NCBI GenBank assembly: GCA_963851265.1
Contig: CAWKNZ010000002.1
Location: forward strand, 1-64,000
DNA: 64,000 nt
From: an uncultured Gemmatimonadales bacterium
GTDB lineage: Bacteria > Gemmatimonadota > Gemmatimonadetes > Gemmatimonadales > Gemmatimonadaceae
Reading direction: 5' to 3'
In this document: positions 48,877 through 58,467 of the stretch, one piece after another
Position numbering within the stretch: the first letter of the stretch is position 1
Layout: each line of letters starts with the position of its first letter
Notes under the pieces: generated by a model
The model's input: only the letters and a program-made list of their open reading frames with translations
Told to the model about the DNA's origin: nothing
The model's database searches: none
Translations under genes and position numbers: made by a program

Positions 48877-50046
48877 ATGCCCACGGGTGACGGGTTGGAC
48901 GAGGAGTTCGCGCCAGACCTCCGCCTCGCGCCGCGGCGCGGCGACGACGACGACGACGACCTCGGCGGCTACGGCTACGAGGCCGAAGACGAGGACGACG
49001 AGGAGGAGGAGGACGAGGACGAGGAAGAGAGCAGCGCGGGCTACGCCGCACGGCGCAGCCGGCGCGAGCGCCTGTTCGATGATCCCGAGTCGGCGGCGCG
49101 CGAGGACCTCGACGAGGTCGAGGTGGAGGAAGACGGCGGCGGCGCGGCGGGCGACGCCGAGGAGTCGGACGACGACGACGAGCGCGGTGCGATCGTTGGG
49201 CCGGACGACGACTCGGAACCGCTCGACCTCGTCGGCGGCGCGGCAGGCCAGGACGCGGGGCAGGACGCCGACCCGCTCGACGTTGACGACGACGACGCGG
49301 AACTCGGCGGCGGCACCGGAAGCGGCAGTGGCAGTGCGACGGATTCCCACCATTCCCACGACGAGGAGACCACCATGGCCGAAAACGAGACCATCAACGG
49401 CGGCGAGAGCAGCAACACCACCGACGCCGGCGCCGGCGCCGGCGGCGCCGGCGCGGGCAACGAGGGCAGCGCGAGCGGCCGTGGCGCGCGCAAGGGCGCG
49501 CGCAAGAGCGCCGCGAAGTCGGGCGCGCGCAAGACGACCGCCAAGGCGGCGTCGAAGAGTGCCGGCAAGAGCGCCAGTAAGAGTGCGGGCAAGAGCGCGC
49601 GGAAGGCCGCGAGCAAGGCCGCGAGCAAGACCGGCGCGCGCAAGGGCGCCGCGAAGTCGGCGGGCAAGAGCGCCTCGAAGAGCACGTCCAAGTCCGCCAT
49701 GAAGGGCGGCGCGCGGAAGGCCGCCGGCAAGACCGCGAGCAAGGGCGCGAGCAAGAGCGCGGGCAAGACGGCGTCGAAGAGCGCGAGCAAGGGCGCGCGG
49801 AAGGCCGCCGGCAAGACCGCGAGCAAGACCGCGAGCAAGGGCGCGAGCAAGGGCGCGAGCAAGACCGGGTCACGCGGCGGCGCCGCGAAGTCGGCGAGCA
49901 AGACGGCCGCGAAGGGCGGCGCGCGCAAGGCGGCGGCCAAGTCGGCGTCGCGCGGCAGCGCGAGCAGCGCCCGCAAGAGCCCCGGCCGGCCCGCGACCGC
50001 GAAGCGCGGCACGGCGCAGAAGGGCGGCGCCCGCCGCGGGCGCTGA
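48877..50046 (+). CDS. Acidic N-terminal / histone H1-like basic C-terminal protein
   Basis: Poly-D/E tracts in the first ~165 aa, then KSA(G/S)/ARKAA repeats; RBS before both 48877 and 49375. Confidence 0.75.
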   Translation: MPTGDGLDEEFAPDLRLAPRRGDDDDDDLGGYGYEAEDEDDEEEEDEDEEESSAGYAARRSRRERLFDDPESAAREDLDEVEVEEDGGGAAGDAEESDDDDERGAIVGPDDDSEPLDLVGGAAGQDAGQDADPLDVDDDDAELGGGTGSGSGSATDSHHSHDEETTMAENETINGGESSNTTDAGAGAGGAGAGNEGSASGRGARKGARKSAAKSGARKTTAKAASKSAGKSASKSAGKSARKAASKAASKTGARKGAAKSAGKSASKSTSKSAMKGGARKAAGKTASKGASKSAGKTASKSASKGARKAAGKTASKTASKGASKGASKTGSRGGAAKSASKTAAKGGARKAAAKSASRGSASSARKSPGRPATAKRGTAQKGGARRGR

Positions 50047-50108
50047 GCCCGCGGCCGCCGCGCCACCGGCCCGCCCCGCGGCCGGTCTAACACCCCGTTA
50101 GACTGGCC

Positions 50109-51668
50109 GTGGGGTCGGCCGACCTCGGCGCGCCGCTCGGCGCGCCACTCGACGCGCTCCCGCTCGCCGTCTGGACCCTCGACCGCGAGTTGCGCGTCAC
50201 GGCGGCGAACCCCGCGTGGGCCCGCTTCGCCGCCGCGGCGGGCGCGCCCGCAGACCCCGCGCGCGCCGTCGGGCGCTCGCTCTGGGACGTCGTCACCGAC
50301 CCCGCCGCGCGCGCCGCCCTCGCGCGCGCGTTGGGCCGGGCGCGCGAGCGCGCGGCCCCCACGCATTGCGACCTGCCCACCGTCCCGAGCGCCGGCGATG
50401 CAGCGGGCGGTGCGGCCGGCCCGCGCACGCTGCGCGTCGACGTCGCCCCGTTCGGCACCGACGGGTTCGTGTGTTCGGCCGTCGAGCTCGCGCCCGCCCG
50501 CTGGTCCCGCGAGGCGCTCATCGACGCCGGCATCGCGCTCTCGCGCACCCTCGACCTCGACCGCATCTACGACGTGGCCGCCCGCGAGGCGCGCCGCGCG
50601 CTCGGCGCGAGCGCGTTCGCCGCCGCCGCCGCGGACGACGACACCGCCGCGCTCCGCCTCACGCACCGCGCCGGGTGGGACCGCGAGAGCGACGACGCCC
50701 TCGAGCGCCGCCTCGCACCCGCGTGGCTCGAAGCCCTCGCCACCGGCCGCGTCGTCGAACGCGCCGAGCACGAGTTCACCGCGCCGATCGCGACCGCCGA
50801 CGGCGCGATCGGCGCCATGACGGTGCGCGTCCTCGCCGCCGTCGACGACGTCGATCCGAACGTGCAGCGCGACGCCGACCCGAGCGTCGACCCGCACGAC
50901 ACGGTCGCGCGCCTGCTCGAAACGCTCGCCGCCCAGACCGCGGTCGCGGTCGAGCGCGCGTGGCTCGTGCGCCGCGTCGAGCAGAAGCGCCGCCTCGAGG
51001 CGATCGGCGAGGTGGCCGCGGGCGTCGCGCACGAGCTGCGCAACCCGCTGTTCGGAATCTCGAGCGCGGCCCAACTCCTCGGCTTCCGCGCCGCCGGCGA
51101 CCCGGTCGTCGAGAAGAACGTCGGCCGCATCCTGCGCGAGGCCGAGCGCCTCAACCGCATCATCGCGGCGCTCCTCGACTACGGGCGCCCAACGGCCGCG
51201 CGCTTCGCCCCGGGCGACCCCGACGCCCTCTGGGACGACGTGCTCGACGCGCAGCGCGCGCGCCTCGACACCAAGCACCTCACCCTCGACCGCCGGCGCG
51301 CGCCCGCCGCAGGCCCCGCCGGTGCGTCGACCGCGCGCTTCGACGCGGAGCAGATGCGGCAGGTGTTCCTCAATTTGCTCGGCAACGCCGTCGACGCCGC
51401 CCCCGAGGACAGCACCGTCACGCTCTCGTCCGCGCCCCTGGCCAACGGCGGATGGCGGTGCCAACTCCACAACGCCGGCCCCGCCATCCCGCCCGAAGCG
51501 CTCGCGCGCGTGTTCGAACTCTTCTACTCCACCAAGACCGGCGGCACCGGCATCGGACTCGCGCTCTGCCAGCGCGTGCTCGACGAACACGGCGGCACCA
51601 TCGCCATCGAAAGCGCCCCAGAAGCGGGAACGACGGTCACCCTCATGCTCCCGCCCGCCCCGCCCTGA
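50109..51668 (+). CDS. PAS/GAF sensor histidine kinase (NtrB-like)
   Basis: AGVAHELRNPL, QVFLNLLGNA, FYSTK, GTGIGL. Confidence 0.9.
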   Translation: MGSADLGAPLGAPLDALPLAVWTLDRELRVTAANPAWARFAAAAGAPADPARAVGRSLWDVVTDPAARAALARALGRARERAAPTHCDLPTVPSAGDAAGGAAGPRTLRVDVAPFGTDGFVCSAVELAPARWSREALIDAGIALSRTLDLDRIYDVAAREARRALGASAFAAAAADDDTAALRLTHRAGWDRESDDALERRLAPAWLEALATGRVVERAEHEFTAPIATADGAIGAMTVRVLAAVDDVDPNVQRDADPSVDPHDTVARLLETLAAQTAVAVERAWLVRRVEQKRRLEAIGEVAAGVAHELRNPLFGISSAAQLLGFRAAGDPVVEKNVGRILREAERLNRIIAALLDYGRPTAARFAPGDPDALWDDVLDAQRARLDTKHLTLDRRRAPAAGPAGASTARFDAEQMRQVFLNLLGNAVDAAPEDSTVTLSSAPLANGGWRCQLHNAGPAIPPEALARVFELFYSTKTGGTGIGLALCQRVLDEHGGTIAIESAPEAGTTVTLMLPPAPP

Positions 51669-51971
51669 CGGGCCGGACCCTCGATCGGCGCCCGCAGCCG
51701 GCCTAACACGCCGTCCCGCGGCCCCGCGCCCGAACGGCCGCGCGCCCGAACACCCGCGCGCCCGAACACCCGCCGCTCCTCCGGCCGACGCTGCAGCCCG
51801 CCCCCGACGCGGCACGCCGCACGACCTCGTGCGAGATTTCGATCTGCGCGCCCAGGGCGGCCGCGAACGGCGCCGCGGCGAATGCGACGCGGCGCCGAAC
51901 CGCCACCCGTGCTCCTCTGCGGCGCCGCTGCGGCGAGTCCCGGCACGCGTCTCGCGCCTTCCCCGGTCATC

Positions 51972-53360
51972 ATGCTGTCCGTTCTCATCGTCGACGACGA
52001 CCGCACCACCCGCGAGACCCTCGGCGACTACTTCGCCGGGCTCGGGTACGCCGTACGCACCGCGGCGACCGCGACCGAGGGGCGTCAGGCCGCCGGGATG
52101 CACTCGCCCGACGTCGCCGTCGTCGACGTGCGCCTGCCCGACGCCAACGGGCTGACCCTGTTCGAGACACTGCGCGCCGACGACCCCGAGTTGGCCGTCG
52201 TCTTCCTCACCGGCCACGCCGACGTGCCCACCGCCGTGCGCGCCATGCGCGACGGCGCCGCCGATTTCCTCGAGAAGCCGATCGACCTTCCGGCGCTCGA
52301 CGGCGCCGTGCGCCGCGCGGCCGACCACGCGCGCATGCGTCGCGAGCTCACGCTCCTGCGCGCCCGCGACGCCGAGGCGCTCTGGCAGGACAGCGCGCCG
52401 GCCGGCTTCACGCCCGCGATCGCGCCGTCGCTCGACCGGCTCATCGCGCTCGCCGCGCGCAACGACGAGGTGCCCGTCCTGATCATCGGCGAGACGGGCA
52501 CCGGCAAGGGGTTCGTCGCGCGCCGCATCCACGAGATGTCGCGACGCGCACCCGCCGCGTTCGTCGAGATCAACGGCGCCTCGCTCGCCGGCGCCCTCGT
52601 CGAGAGCGAGCTGTTCGGCCACGAGAAGGGTGCGTTCACCGACGCGCGCCAGGCTAAGCGCGGGCTGCTCGAGGTCGCGGGGCGGGGCACGCTCTTCCTC
52701 GACGAGGTGGCCGAACTCGCCCCCGAGGTGCAACCCAAGCTGCTCAAGGTCATCGAGGAGCGCACGTTCCGCCGCGTGGGCGGCACGGCCACATTGACGA
52801 GCGACGCGCGCCTGCTCGCCGCAACGCACACGCCGCTGGAACAGGCGGTCGCGGCCGGCCGATTCCGCGCCGACCTCTACTACCGCCTGCAGGTGCTCAC
52901 CATCGCGCTGCCCCCGCTGCGCGACCGGCGTCCCGAGATCGCCGCCCTCGCGCGCACGCTCCTCCCGCCAGGTGCCACCCTCACCGAGGTCGCGGCCTCG
53001 GCACTCGTCGCCTACGATTGGCCGGGGAACATCCGCGAGCTCAAGAACGCGCTCTGGCGGGCGACGATCCTCGCCGACGGCGGGGCGATCCTCCCCGAGC
53101 ACCTCGGCCTGGGTGCCACGCGCCTGGCCGTGGTCGAGCGCGAAGTCACGCGCCCGGTCATGACCCTGGCCGACGCCGAACGTGTCGCGATCGACGCCGC
53201 GCTCGCGGCCACGAGTGGGAACCGGACGCGGGCGGCGAGCCTTCTAGGCATCGCGCGCTCGACGCTCAACGAGAAGTTGCGCCACGGGGTGACCTCCGGG
53301 GTGCCCGAGGGACCGCCGCGCCCCCACGTGTCCGACCGAATCCAGCAACGCAGCGGCTGA
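51972..53360 (+). CDS. Sigma54-dependent response regulator (NtrC family)
   Basis: Receiver domain, GETGTGK, ESELFGHEKGAFTDA, LFLDEV, FRADLYYRL, WPGNIREL, Fis HTH. Confidence 0.95.
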   Translation: MLSVLIVDDDRTTRETLGDYFAGLGYAVRTAATATEGRQAAGMHSPDVAVVDVRLPDANGLTLFETLRADDPELAVVFLTGHADVPTAVRAMRDGAADFLEKPIDLPALDGAVRRAADHARMRRELTLLRARDAEALWQDSAPAGFTPAIAPSLDRLIALAARNDEVPVLIIGETGTGKGFVARRIHEMSRRAPAAFVEINGASLAGALVESELFGHEKGAFTDARQAKRGLLEVAGRGTLFLDEVAELAPEVQPKLLKVIEERTFRRVGGTATLTSDARLLAATHTPLEQAVAAGRFRADLYYRLQVLTIALPPLRDRRPEIAALARTLLPPGATLTEVAASALVAYDWPGNIRELKNALWRATILADGGAILPEHLGLGATRLAVVEREVTRPVMTLADAERVAIDAALAATSGNRTRAASLLGIARSTLNEKLRHGVTSGVPEGPPRPHVSDRIQQRSG

Positions 53361-53364
53361 CACT

Positions 53365-53440
53365 CGGCATGACGCAAACGACCGAAAGCCGGACGGCCCG
53401 ACACGGGACCGTCCGGCTTTCGGTCGTTTTGGGCATGCCG
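53365..53440. repeat. Long inverted repeat (21-bp perfect core)
   Basis: AAACGACCGAAAGCCGGACGG (53376-53396) / CCGTCCGGCTTTCGGTCGTTT (53409-53429), flanked by CGGCATG/CATGCCG. Confidence 0.8.
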
Positions 53441-53501
53441 TTGTGCGTGGCGAGTTCACGTAAGTGTCGATATTGCAACAGGTTGCGGGTCGGGTACACC
53501 G

Positions 53502-53516
53502 TGGCGCGCAACTCGC
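53502..53516 (+). promoter_or_regulatory. Putative sigma54 promoter with upstream IHF-like site
   Basis: TGGCGCGCAACTCGC = GG-N10-GC; TGCAACAGGTTG at 53474-53485. Confidence 0.5.
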
Positions 53517-53534
53517 CTTGGATACGTGCATCCG

Positions 53535-53990
53535 ATGGCTTCCCGCGCTCCGTTCCGGTTCGTGTCACGACACGTTCTCATCGTCGAGGATGAGCAGAGT
53601 ATCCGCGACATCCTCGCGGAGCTGTTCGACGTCGACGAGACGATCACGATCACGGCCGCGACGCTGGAACAGGCCATGGCCGCGCTCACCACGGCGCGGT
53701 TCGACCTGATCCTCACCGACCTGCGACTCGGCGGACATCGCGACGGCGGATTGCGCGTGATGGCTGCCGGCGGACTGCTCTCGCCCGACGCGACGGTGAT
53801 TGTCCTGACGGCCTTCCCGGACGACGATCACCGCCACGCCTCGGCTCGGCTCGGCGCAACACACTTTCTCGAAAAGCCCGTCTCGCTCCAACGCATCGCC
53901 GGCCTCGCGGCCGACGCGGGCGTCGCCTCGGCCATGCATCCAAATGCCTCGACCCTGCGCGAGGCCGTGCGCCAGGAAACGATGTCGTGA
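53535..53990 (+). CDS. Single-domain response regulator
   Basis: VLIVEDE, LILTDLRL, VLTA, FLEKP. Confidence 0.88.
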   Translation: MASRAPFRFVSRHVLIVEDEQSIRDILAELFDVDETITITAATLEQAMAALTTARFDLILTDLRLGGHRDGGLRVMAAGGLLSPDATVIVLTAFPDDDHRHASARLGATHFLEKPVSLQRIAGLAADAGVASAMHPNASTLREAVRQETMS

Positions 53991-54184
53991 AGGGATGAGA
54001 AACGGTACGACGTAACAATCGAAGCAGGAACGCGACAGCATCGGCGCTGTCGAGTGCCCGTGCTCGCTAGACCGGTTTCGCCACGTGTGTGGGGTGGTGT
54101 GGGGGGCGGACCGATCTAGCGGGGCGGGTACTCTTGCGTCCGGCCCCCTGGTCGGACGCCTTGCTCGCACGAGGCGCGGGCGTC

Positions 54185-54937
54185 TCAGGCCGGCCGTCGC
54201 ACCAGGCGGCCGACCGTGCGGTCATAGACTCGACTCACCGTCGCCGCCCCCGTGAGCACCGGCCGATACCCGACGTCCGACAGATCTGCACCCGACACCA
54301 GGTCGGCGTCGAGAGCGGCCACCGCATCGCCCAGCTCACGTTCGAGACGGCGCGTGAGCCCCGCGGTCGAGCGCGCGCCGTACTCCGCGGCCGTCGACGC
54401 CTCGCCGACGCGCACGACGCACTCCGGCCTGGCCGCCTCCCGGAATTCATACCGGATCGCGACCGCGACGAGCCGCGCTTCGGGCACGCTCTGGCTGATG
54501 CGCGCCAGCCCCGACCGGAACCGCAGCGCCGCCCGATTCGGAAACAACTCGCCCTGCGGAAAGAGCCACAGCACCCGGTCACGCCCGCCCCGCAGCAACC
54601 CCGTCGTGTACTCCGCCACCGCGCGCGCGTCGTCGATCGCGAGCCCCTCGCCCGTCACGCCGAAGCAGCCCACGCGGCGGAAGAACGGGTACCGCGTCAG
54701 CTGCGCGCCGTCCATGAGCCCGTACCCATCCCGCCGGAACACGTCGTGCGAAAGGAACACGGCGAGCACCGGATCCCACCACGCTCCGTGGTTGGCGTAC
54801 GCGATCACCGGCGCTCCGCCCTCGGGCCACGCGGACCCGCCCACGCGCACCCGGGCGAACGTCCCGCGCAGCAGCCGGCGCCCGTAGCCCGCGTAGAGCC
54901 GCTCCAGCACTGGCTGCTTCCGGGCCGCGATCAGCAT
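54185..54937 (-). CDS. Lysophospholipid/glycerol acyltransferase family protein
   Basis: NHGAWWD (HX4D), LFPQG. Confidence 0.85.
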   Translation of the reverse strand: MLIAARKQPVLERLYAGYGRRLLRGTFARVRVGGSAWPEGGAPVIAYANHGAWWDPVLAVFLSHDVFRRDGYGLMDGAQLTRYPFFRRVGCFGVTGEGLAIDDARAVAEYTTGLLRGGRDRVLWLFPQGELFPNRAALRFRSGLARISQSVPEARLVAVAIRYEFREAARPECVVRVGEASTAAEYGARSTAGLTRRLERELGDAVAALDADLVSGADLSDVGYRPVLTGAATVSRVYDRTVGRLVRRPA

Positions 54938-54991
54938 GGCCGCAGCTTAATGCGGTCGAGGCATCCCGACAGTGTCACCGCGAACACCCCT

Positions 54992-56005
54992 GTGAAAGAC
55001 TCGAAATCCTGGAAGCCGCTGGCCGCCCTCACCGGTGCGGTCGCCGCCGTGGCCGGGGCCGCCGCGCTGAACGCCGCGGTCGCCCGCCCACTCGGCTCGC
55101 TTCCCAATCCCATCGGCGGCGACGCTGGGTGGTACGAGTGGCGCGGCTACCGCATCGCGTGGACCCGGCGCGGCACGGGGCCGGCGGTGCTGCTGGTCCA
55201 CAGCATCCACGCCGCCGGCTGGTCGTACGAGTGGCGCCACGCGGTCGACCCGCTCGCCGCAGCCGGGCACACCGTCTGGACGCTCGACCTGCTCGGGTTC
55301 GGCCGATCCGACCGCCCCGACATCGAGTACTCGGCCCGCCTCTACGTCGACCTCCTCCGCGACTTCATCACCGAGGCCATCGCCGAGCCCACGGTCCTCA
55401 TCGCGTCGTCGCTGAGCGGGGCGCACGCGGTCGCGGTCGCGGCGGGATTCCGTCCGGTGTCCGCCCTCGTCCTCGTCGGCGCGCCCGGTATCACGGTGCT
55501 GGCCAAGCCCCCCAAGCCGCCCAACGACGCCACACACGCGATGATCGTCGCGCCGTTCGCCGGCCAGGCGCTGTACAACGCGCTGGTGACGAAGCCGAGT
55601 CTGGCGTTCTTTCTCCGGCGCACGTACGACGACGACCGCCGCGTCACGCCCGAGCTGCTCGACGCCTACTCGGCCACGGCGCATCAGCCCGGCGCGCGCT
55701 ACGCGCCCGCGGCGTTCCTCGGCATGCGCCTCAACCTCTACGTGGGCGGCGCGCTCGCGCGCGTACGCCAGCCGATCCTGCTCACTTGGGGGCGCGAGGC
55801 CAAGGAGGTCACGCTCGCCGAACTCGACGAGTACCGCGCCATCCGCCCCGACGCCCACGTGCGCACCTTCGAGGCGTGCGGCGCGCTCCCGCACGACGAG
55901 CGCACCGCCGAATGGTGCGCCGCCGTGCTGGAGTTCACGGCGGGGATGCGTCGCGCGGCCGAGGAGGGGAGCGAGGAGTCGCTCGGCACTGCCCTGTCGT
56001 CCTGA
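54992..56005 (+). CDS. Alpha/beta-fold hydrolase
   Basis: LLVHS, DLLGFGRSDRP, ASSLSG, LPHDE; start uncertain. Confidence 0.85.
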   Translation: MKDSKSWKPLAALTGAVAAVAGAAALNAAVARPLGSLPNPIGGDAGWYEWRGYRIAWTRRGTGPAVLLVHSIHAAGWSYEWRHAVDPLAAAGHTVWTLDLLGFGRSDRPDIEYSARLYVDLLRDFITEAIAEPTVLIASSLSGAHAVAVAAGFRPVSALVLVGAPGITVLAKPPKPPNDATHAMIVAPFAGQALYNALVTKPSLAFFLRRTYDDDRRVTPELLDAYSATAHQPGARYAPAAFLGMRLNLYVGGALARVRQPILLTWGREAKEVTLAELDEYRAIRPDAHVRTFEACGALPHDERTAEWCAAVLEFTAGMRRAAEEGSEESLGTALSS

Positions 56006-56011
56006 GCGGCG

Positions 56012-56056
56012 CGCCGGGCCGTCGTCCCGCGCCGCGCTCGGGATGACGGCCCGGCG
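56012..56056. terminator. Hairpin between convergent genes
   Basis: CGCCGGGCCGTCGTCCCG / CGGGATGACGGCCCGGCG. Confidence 0.55.
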
Positions 56057-56058
56057 CC

Positions 56059-57774
56059 CTACCCCCGGTACTCCGCCGTGCTGCGGACCGCCTTCCCGCA
56101 CGCCGGCCACGTCACCGGACGCCCCGTGCGCGGGTTGTTAGGCAGCGGGTCGATCCGGTCCCGCGGGATCGTTCCGGGGTCCTCGCTCGCCTGGTACGCC
56201 AGCATCGCCGCGAGCATCGCGTTCGACCGCAGGTCGCGCATCACGAGCTTGTCGTAGGTGTCGCGCGTCGTGTGCCACGTGGTCTGGAAGTAGTCCCACG
56301 ACAGCGAGTTGAGCCCGAACGCGGGCGCCCCGTAGCACGCGAACGACGCGTTGTCGCTCCCCCCCGACGCCGGACTGCCGCGATCGTCGAAGCGGATGTA
56401 CTGCGTGACCTCGGCCGGGATCTCGCCCAGGTACCGCCGCAGGAACGCCCCCGCGCCCGCGAGCCCGCCCGCGCTCATCGTCACCACGCGCCCGGTGCCG
56501 TTGTCCTGGTTGAAGAGCGCCTGCAGCCCGCGCACCACCTCCGGGTGGTCTTCGGAGTACGCTCGCGACCCGTTCAGCCCTTCCTCCTCGCCGCTCCAGT
56601 GCCCGACGAGGATGGTCCGCCGCGGGTTGGGCAGCACCTGCTTGAGCAGGCGCATCGCCTCCATCATCGTCACCGTGCCGGTACCGTTGTCGGTCGCGCC
56701 CGACCCGCCGTCCCACGAGTCGAAGTGCGCCGACAGCAGCACGTACTCGTTGGGCTTCTCGCGCCCGCGGAGCTCGGCGATCGTGTTGAACACCGGCTGC
56801 TCGCCAAGGAACTCCGATTGCGCGTCGAGGCGCACGCGCGGGCCCTGGCCGCGTTCGGCGAGGCGGACGAGCAGGCCGTAGTCCTCGCAGCCGACGTCGA
56901 AGCTCGGGAGCTTCTGCCGCGGCGACCCGAAGACCTTGTCGACGCCGGGGTAGCCGGAAAAGTTGTGCGTGAGCACGGCCACCGCGCCCGCGCCCTGCAG
57001 TGCCGCCTGCAGCCCCGTACCCCCGAGCCCCGGCGTGCCGGCCGCGCCCGCGGCCGTGAGACGCGGCTGCCAGGCGGTGCGCACCGAGTCCTGCCGCGCA
57101 CGCACCTCCGCCTGCTCCTCGGGCGTGCCGAACTCCTGGAACTGCGAGGCCGGGCGGCACGAGAGCGTCGGCGGGCTCGCGAGCACCGCGCGGCCGCGCG
57201 CGTTCCCGGCGGCGAGCCACGCCGCGAACCCGGCCGAGTCGCGCACGTCGGGCAGCAGCACCACCGCGGCCTCGACTGGGCGTCCGTTGGTCCCCGGGCT
57301 CCAGGCGAGCATCGTCGCCTCGAGCGTGCGCACCCGCGGCGCCAACAGATCGAGGTGCGCCGGGCCGCGGCGCCAGCTGTTGAACGTGCCGAACCGCTCG
57401 CGGCGCGCGGGAATCCCCCAGCGACGGTACTGCGCGAGCGCCCAATCGCTCGCGGCGAGGTTGGCCGGCGCGCCCGTGAGTCGCGGGCCGATCGAGTCGG
57501 CGAGCGCCTGCGAGAGCGCGGCGACCTGCGACCGGGCCGTCTCCTCGTCGAAGATCCGCCGGATCACCGGGTCGGTCGGCGGCGTGGTGCGGATGTACGG
57601 CGCCGTCGTCGGCTGCGCGAACGGGTTGGGTGCGGCCGACGTCGCCGCCGGCGGGGCGGGGGGCCGGGTCGGCGCGGCCGCGGGTGGCGCGGCAGGCGTT
57701 TGAGCGAGTGCGGGCGCCGCGGCGAGCAGCGCGGCGCAGAGCAGGGAAGTCGAGCGGTGGGCGGGCGTCGTCAT
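56059..57774 (-). CDS. M28 family peptidase (carboxypeptidase Q-like), secreted
   Basis: SAHFDSW, GATDNGTG, GEEEGLNGS, WHTTRDT. Confidence 0.9.
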   Translation of the reverse strand: MTTPAHRSTSLLCAALLAAAPALAQTPAAPPAAAPTRPPAPPAATSAAPNPFAQPTTAPYIRTTPPTDPVIRRIFDEETARSQVAALSQALADSIGPRLTGAPANLAASDWALAQYRRWGIPARRERFGTFNSWRRGPAHLDLLAPRVRTLEATMLAWSPGTNGRPVEAAVVLLPDVRDSAGFAAWLAAGNARGRAVLASPPTLSCRPASQFQEFGTPEEQAEVRARQDSVRTAWQPRLTAAGAAGTPGLGGTGLQAALQGAGAVAVLTHNFSGYPGVDKVFGSPRQKLPSFDVGCEDYGLLVRLAERGQGPRVRLDAQSEFLGEQPVFNTIAELRGREKPNEYVLLSAHFDSWDGGSGATDNGTGTVTMMEAMRLLKQVLPNPRRTILVGHWSGEEEGLNGSRAYSEDHPEVVRGLQALFNQDNGTGRVVTMSAGGLAGAGAFLRRYLGEIPAEVTQYIRFDDRGSPASGGSDNASFACYGAPAFGLNSLSWDYFQTTWHTTRDTYDKLVMRDLRSNAMLAAMLAYQASEDPGTIPRDRIDPLPNNPRTGRPVTWPACGKAVRSTAEYRG

Positions 57775-57824
57775 CCGATCCAGCTTATCGCCTCCCACCG
57801 CGGATGTCCCCCGCGCGCTCCGGA

Positions 57825-58373
57825 TCAGGCGCTACGCCCCAGCGCGGCCCGCACCGCCTCGCGCATCGCGAGCAGCGCGTCGCCCCGGGCCGCCGCCGTG
57901 TCGCCGCGCACGTGCAGCTCGACGCCGTCGGTCACCGCGACGCGCTGCCACTGGGCGGGCGTGCCGTCCACGACCCCGTCCGGCACCGGCGCGCCCGGCG
58001 CGGCGCCCTGCAACGCGGGGGCGAGCGCGGTCGCGACGCGCCGTTCGAGCGCGTCGCCCGCACTCTCCTTCAGTTCGCGCTTGATGCCGTCGAGCGGTTG
58101 CCCCTCGCGCTGCCGGATCTTGATCGCGAGCAGCTGCAGCAGATGCCGGTAGTGATAGATGGCCGACGTACCCGTCCCCTCCGGGCGGTCGAGCAGCCCG
58201 TTGGCGACGTAGAAGCGCACCGCGCGCGCGCTGGGCGCCGCGCGCGCCGAGGCGTTGGTCGGCCGCATCCCGGCGGCGTCGACGAGGGCCGTGGCGTGCG
58301 CCGCGAGCGAGCGGGCGTTGAACGGCGCGTGGCGGGCGTGCAGCCGCAGCAGATGCACGGGTGACTCGGCCAT
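57825..58373 (-). CDS. MerR-family HTH protein
   Basis: SARAVRFYVANGLLDRP...YHYRHLLQLLAIK. Confidence 0.8.
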   Translation of the reverse strand: MAESPVHLLRLHARHAPFNARSLAAHATALVDAAGMRPTNASARAAPSARAVRFYVANGLLDRPEGTGTSAIYHYRHLLQLLAIKIRQREGQPLDGIKRELKESAGDALERRVATALAPALQGAAPGAPVPDGVVDGTPAQWQRVAVTDGVELHVRGDTAAARGDALLAMREAVRAALGRSA

Positions 58374-58467
58374 ATGCGCCACACGATAGAAGTCGGGCAC
58401 TGACTGCGGTAGGGTGGCGCGGCGCTGGCGGGCCTGTGTCGTGAGTTCGTGACAGCAACGTCCCCGA

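Noticed and set aside
52629..52646. GAFTDA instead of GAFTGA in the sigma54 activator
   Set aside because: A commonly seen variant; not enough to claim altered function
49041..53102. 1353-aa minus-strand ORF and many similar long R/A/G/P-rich ORFs
   Set aside because: Antisense or off-frame shadows of clear genes; stop codons are scarce at this GC content
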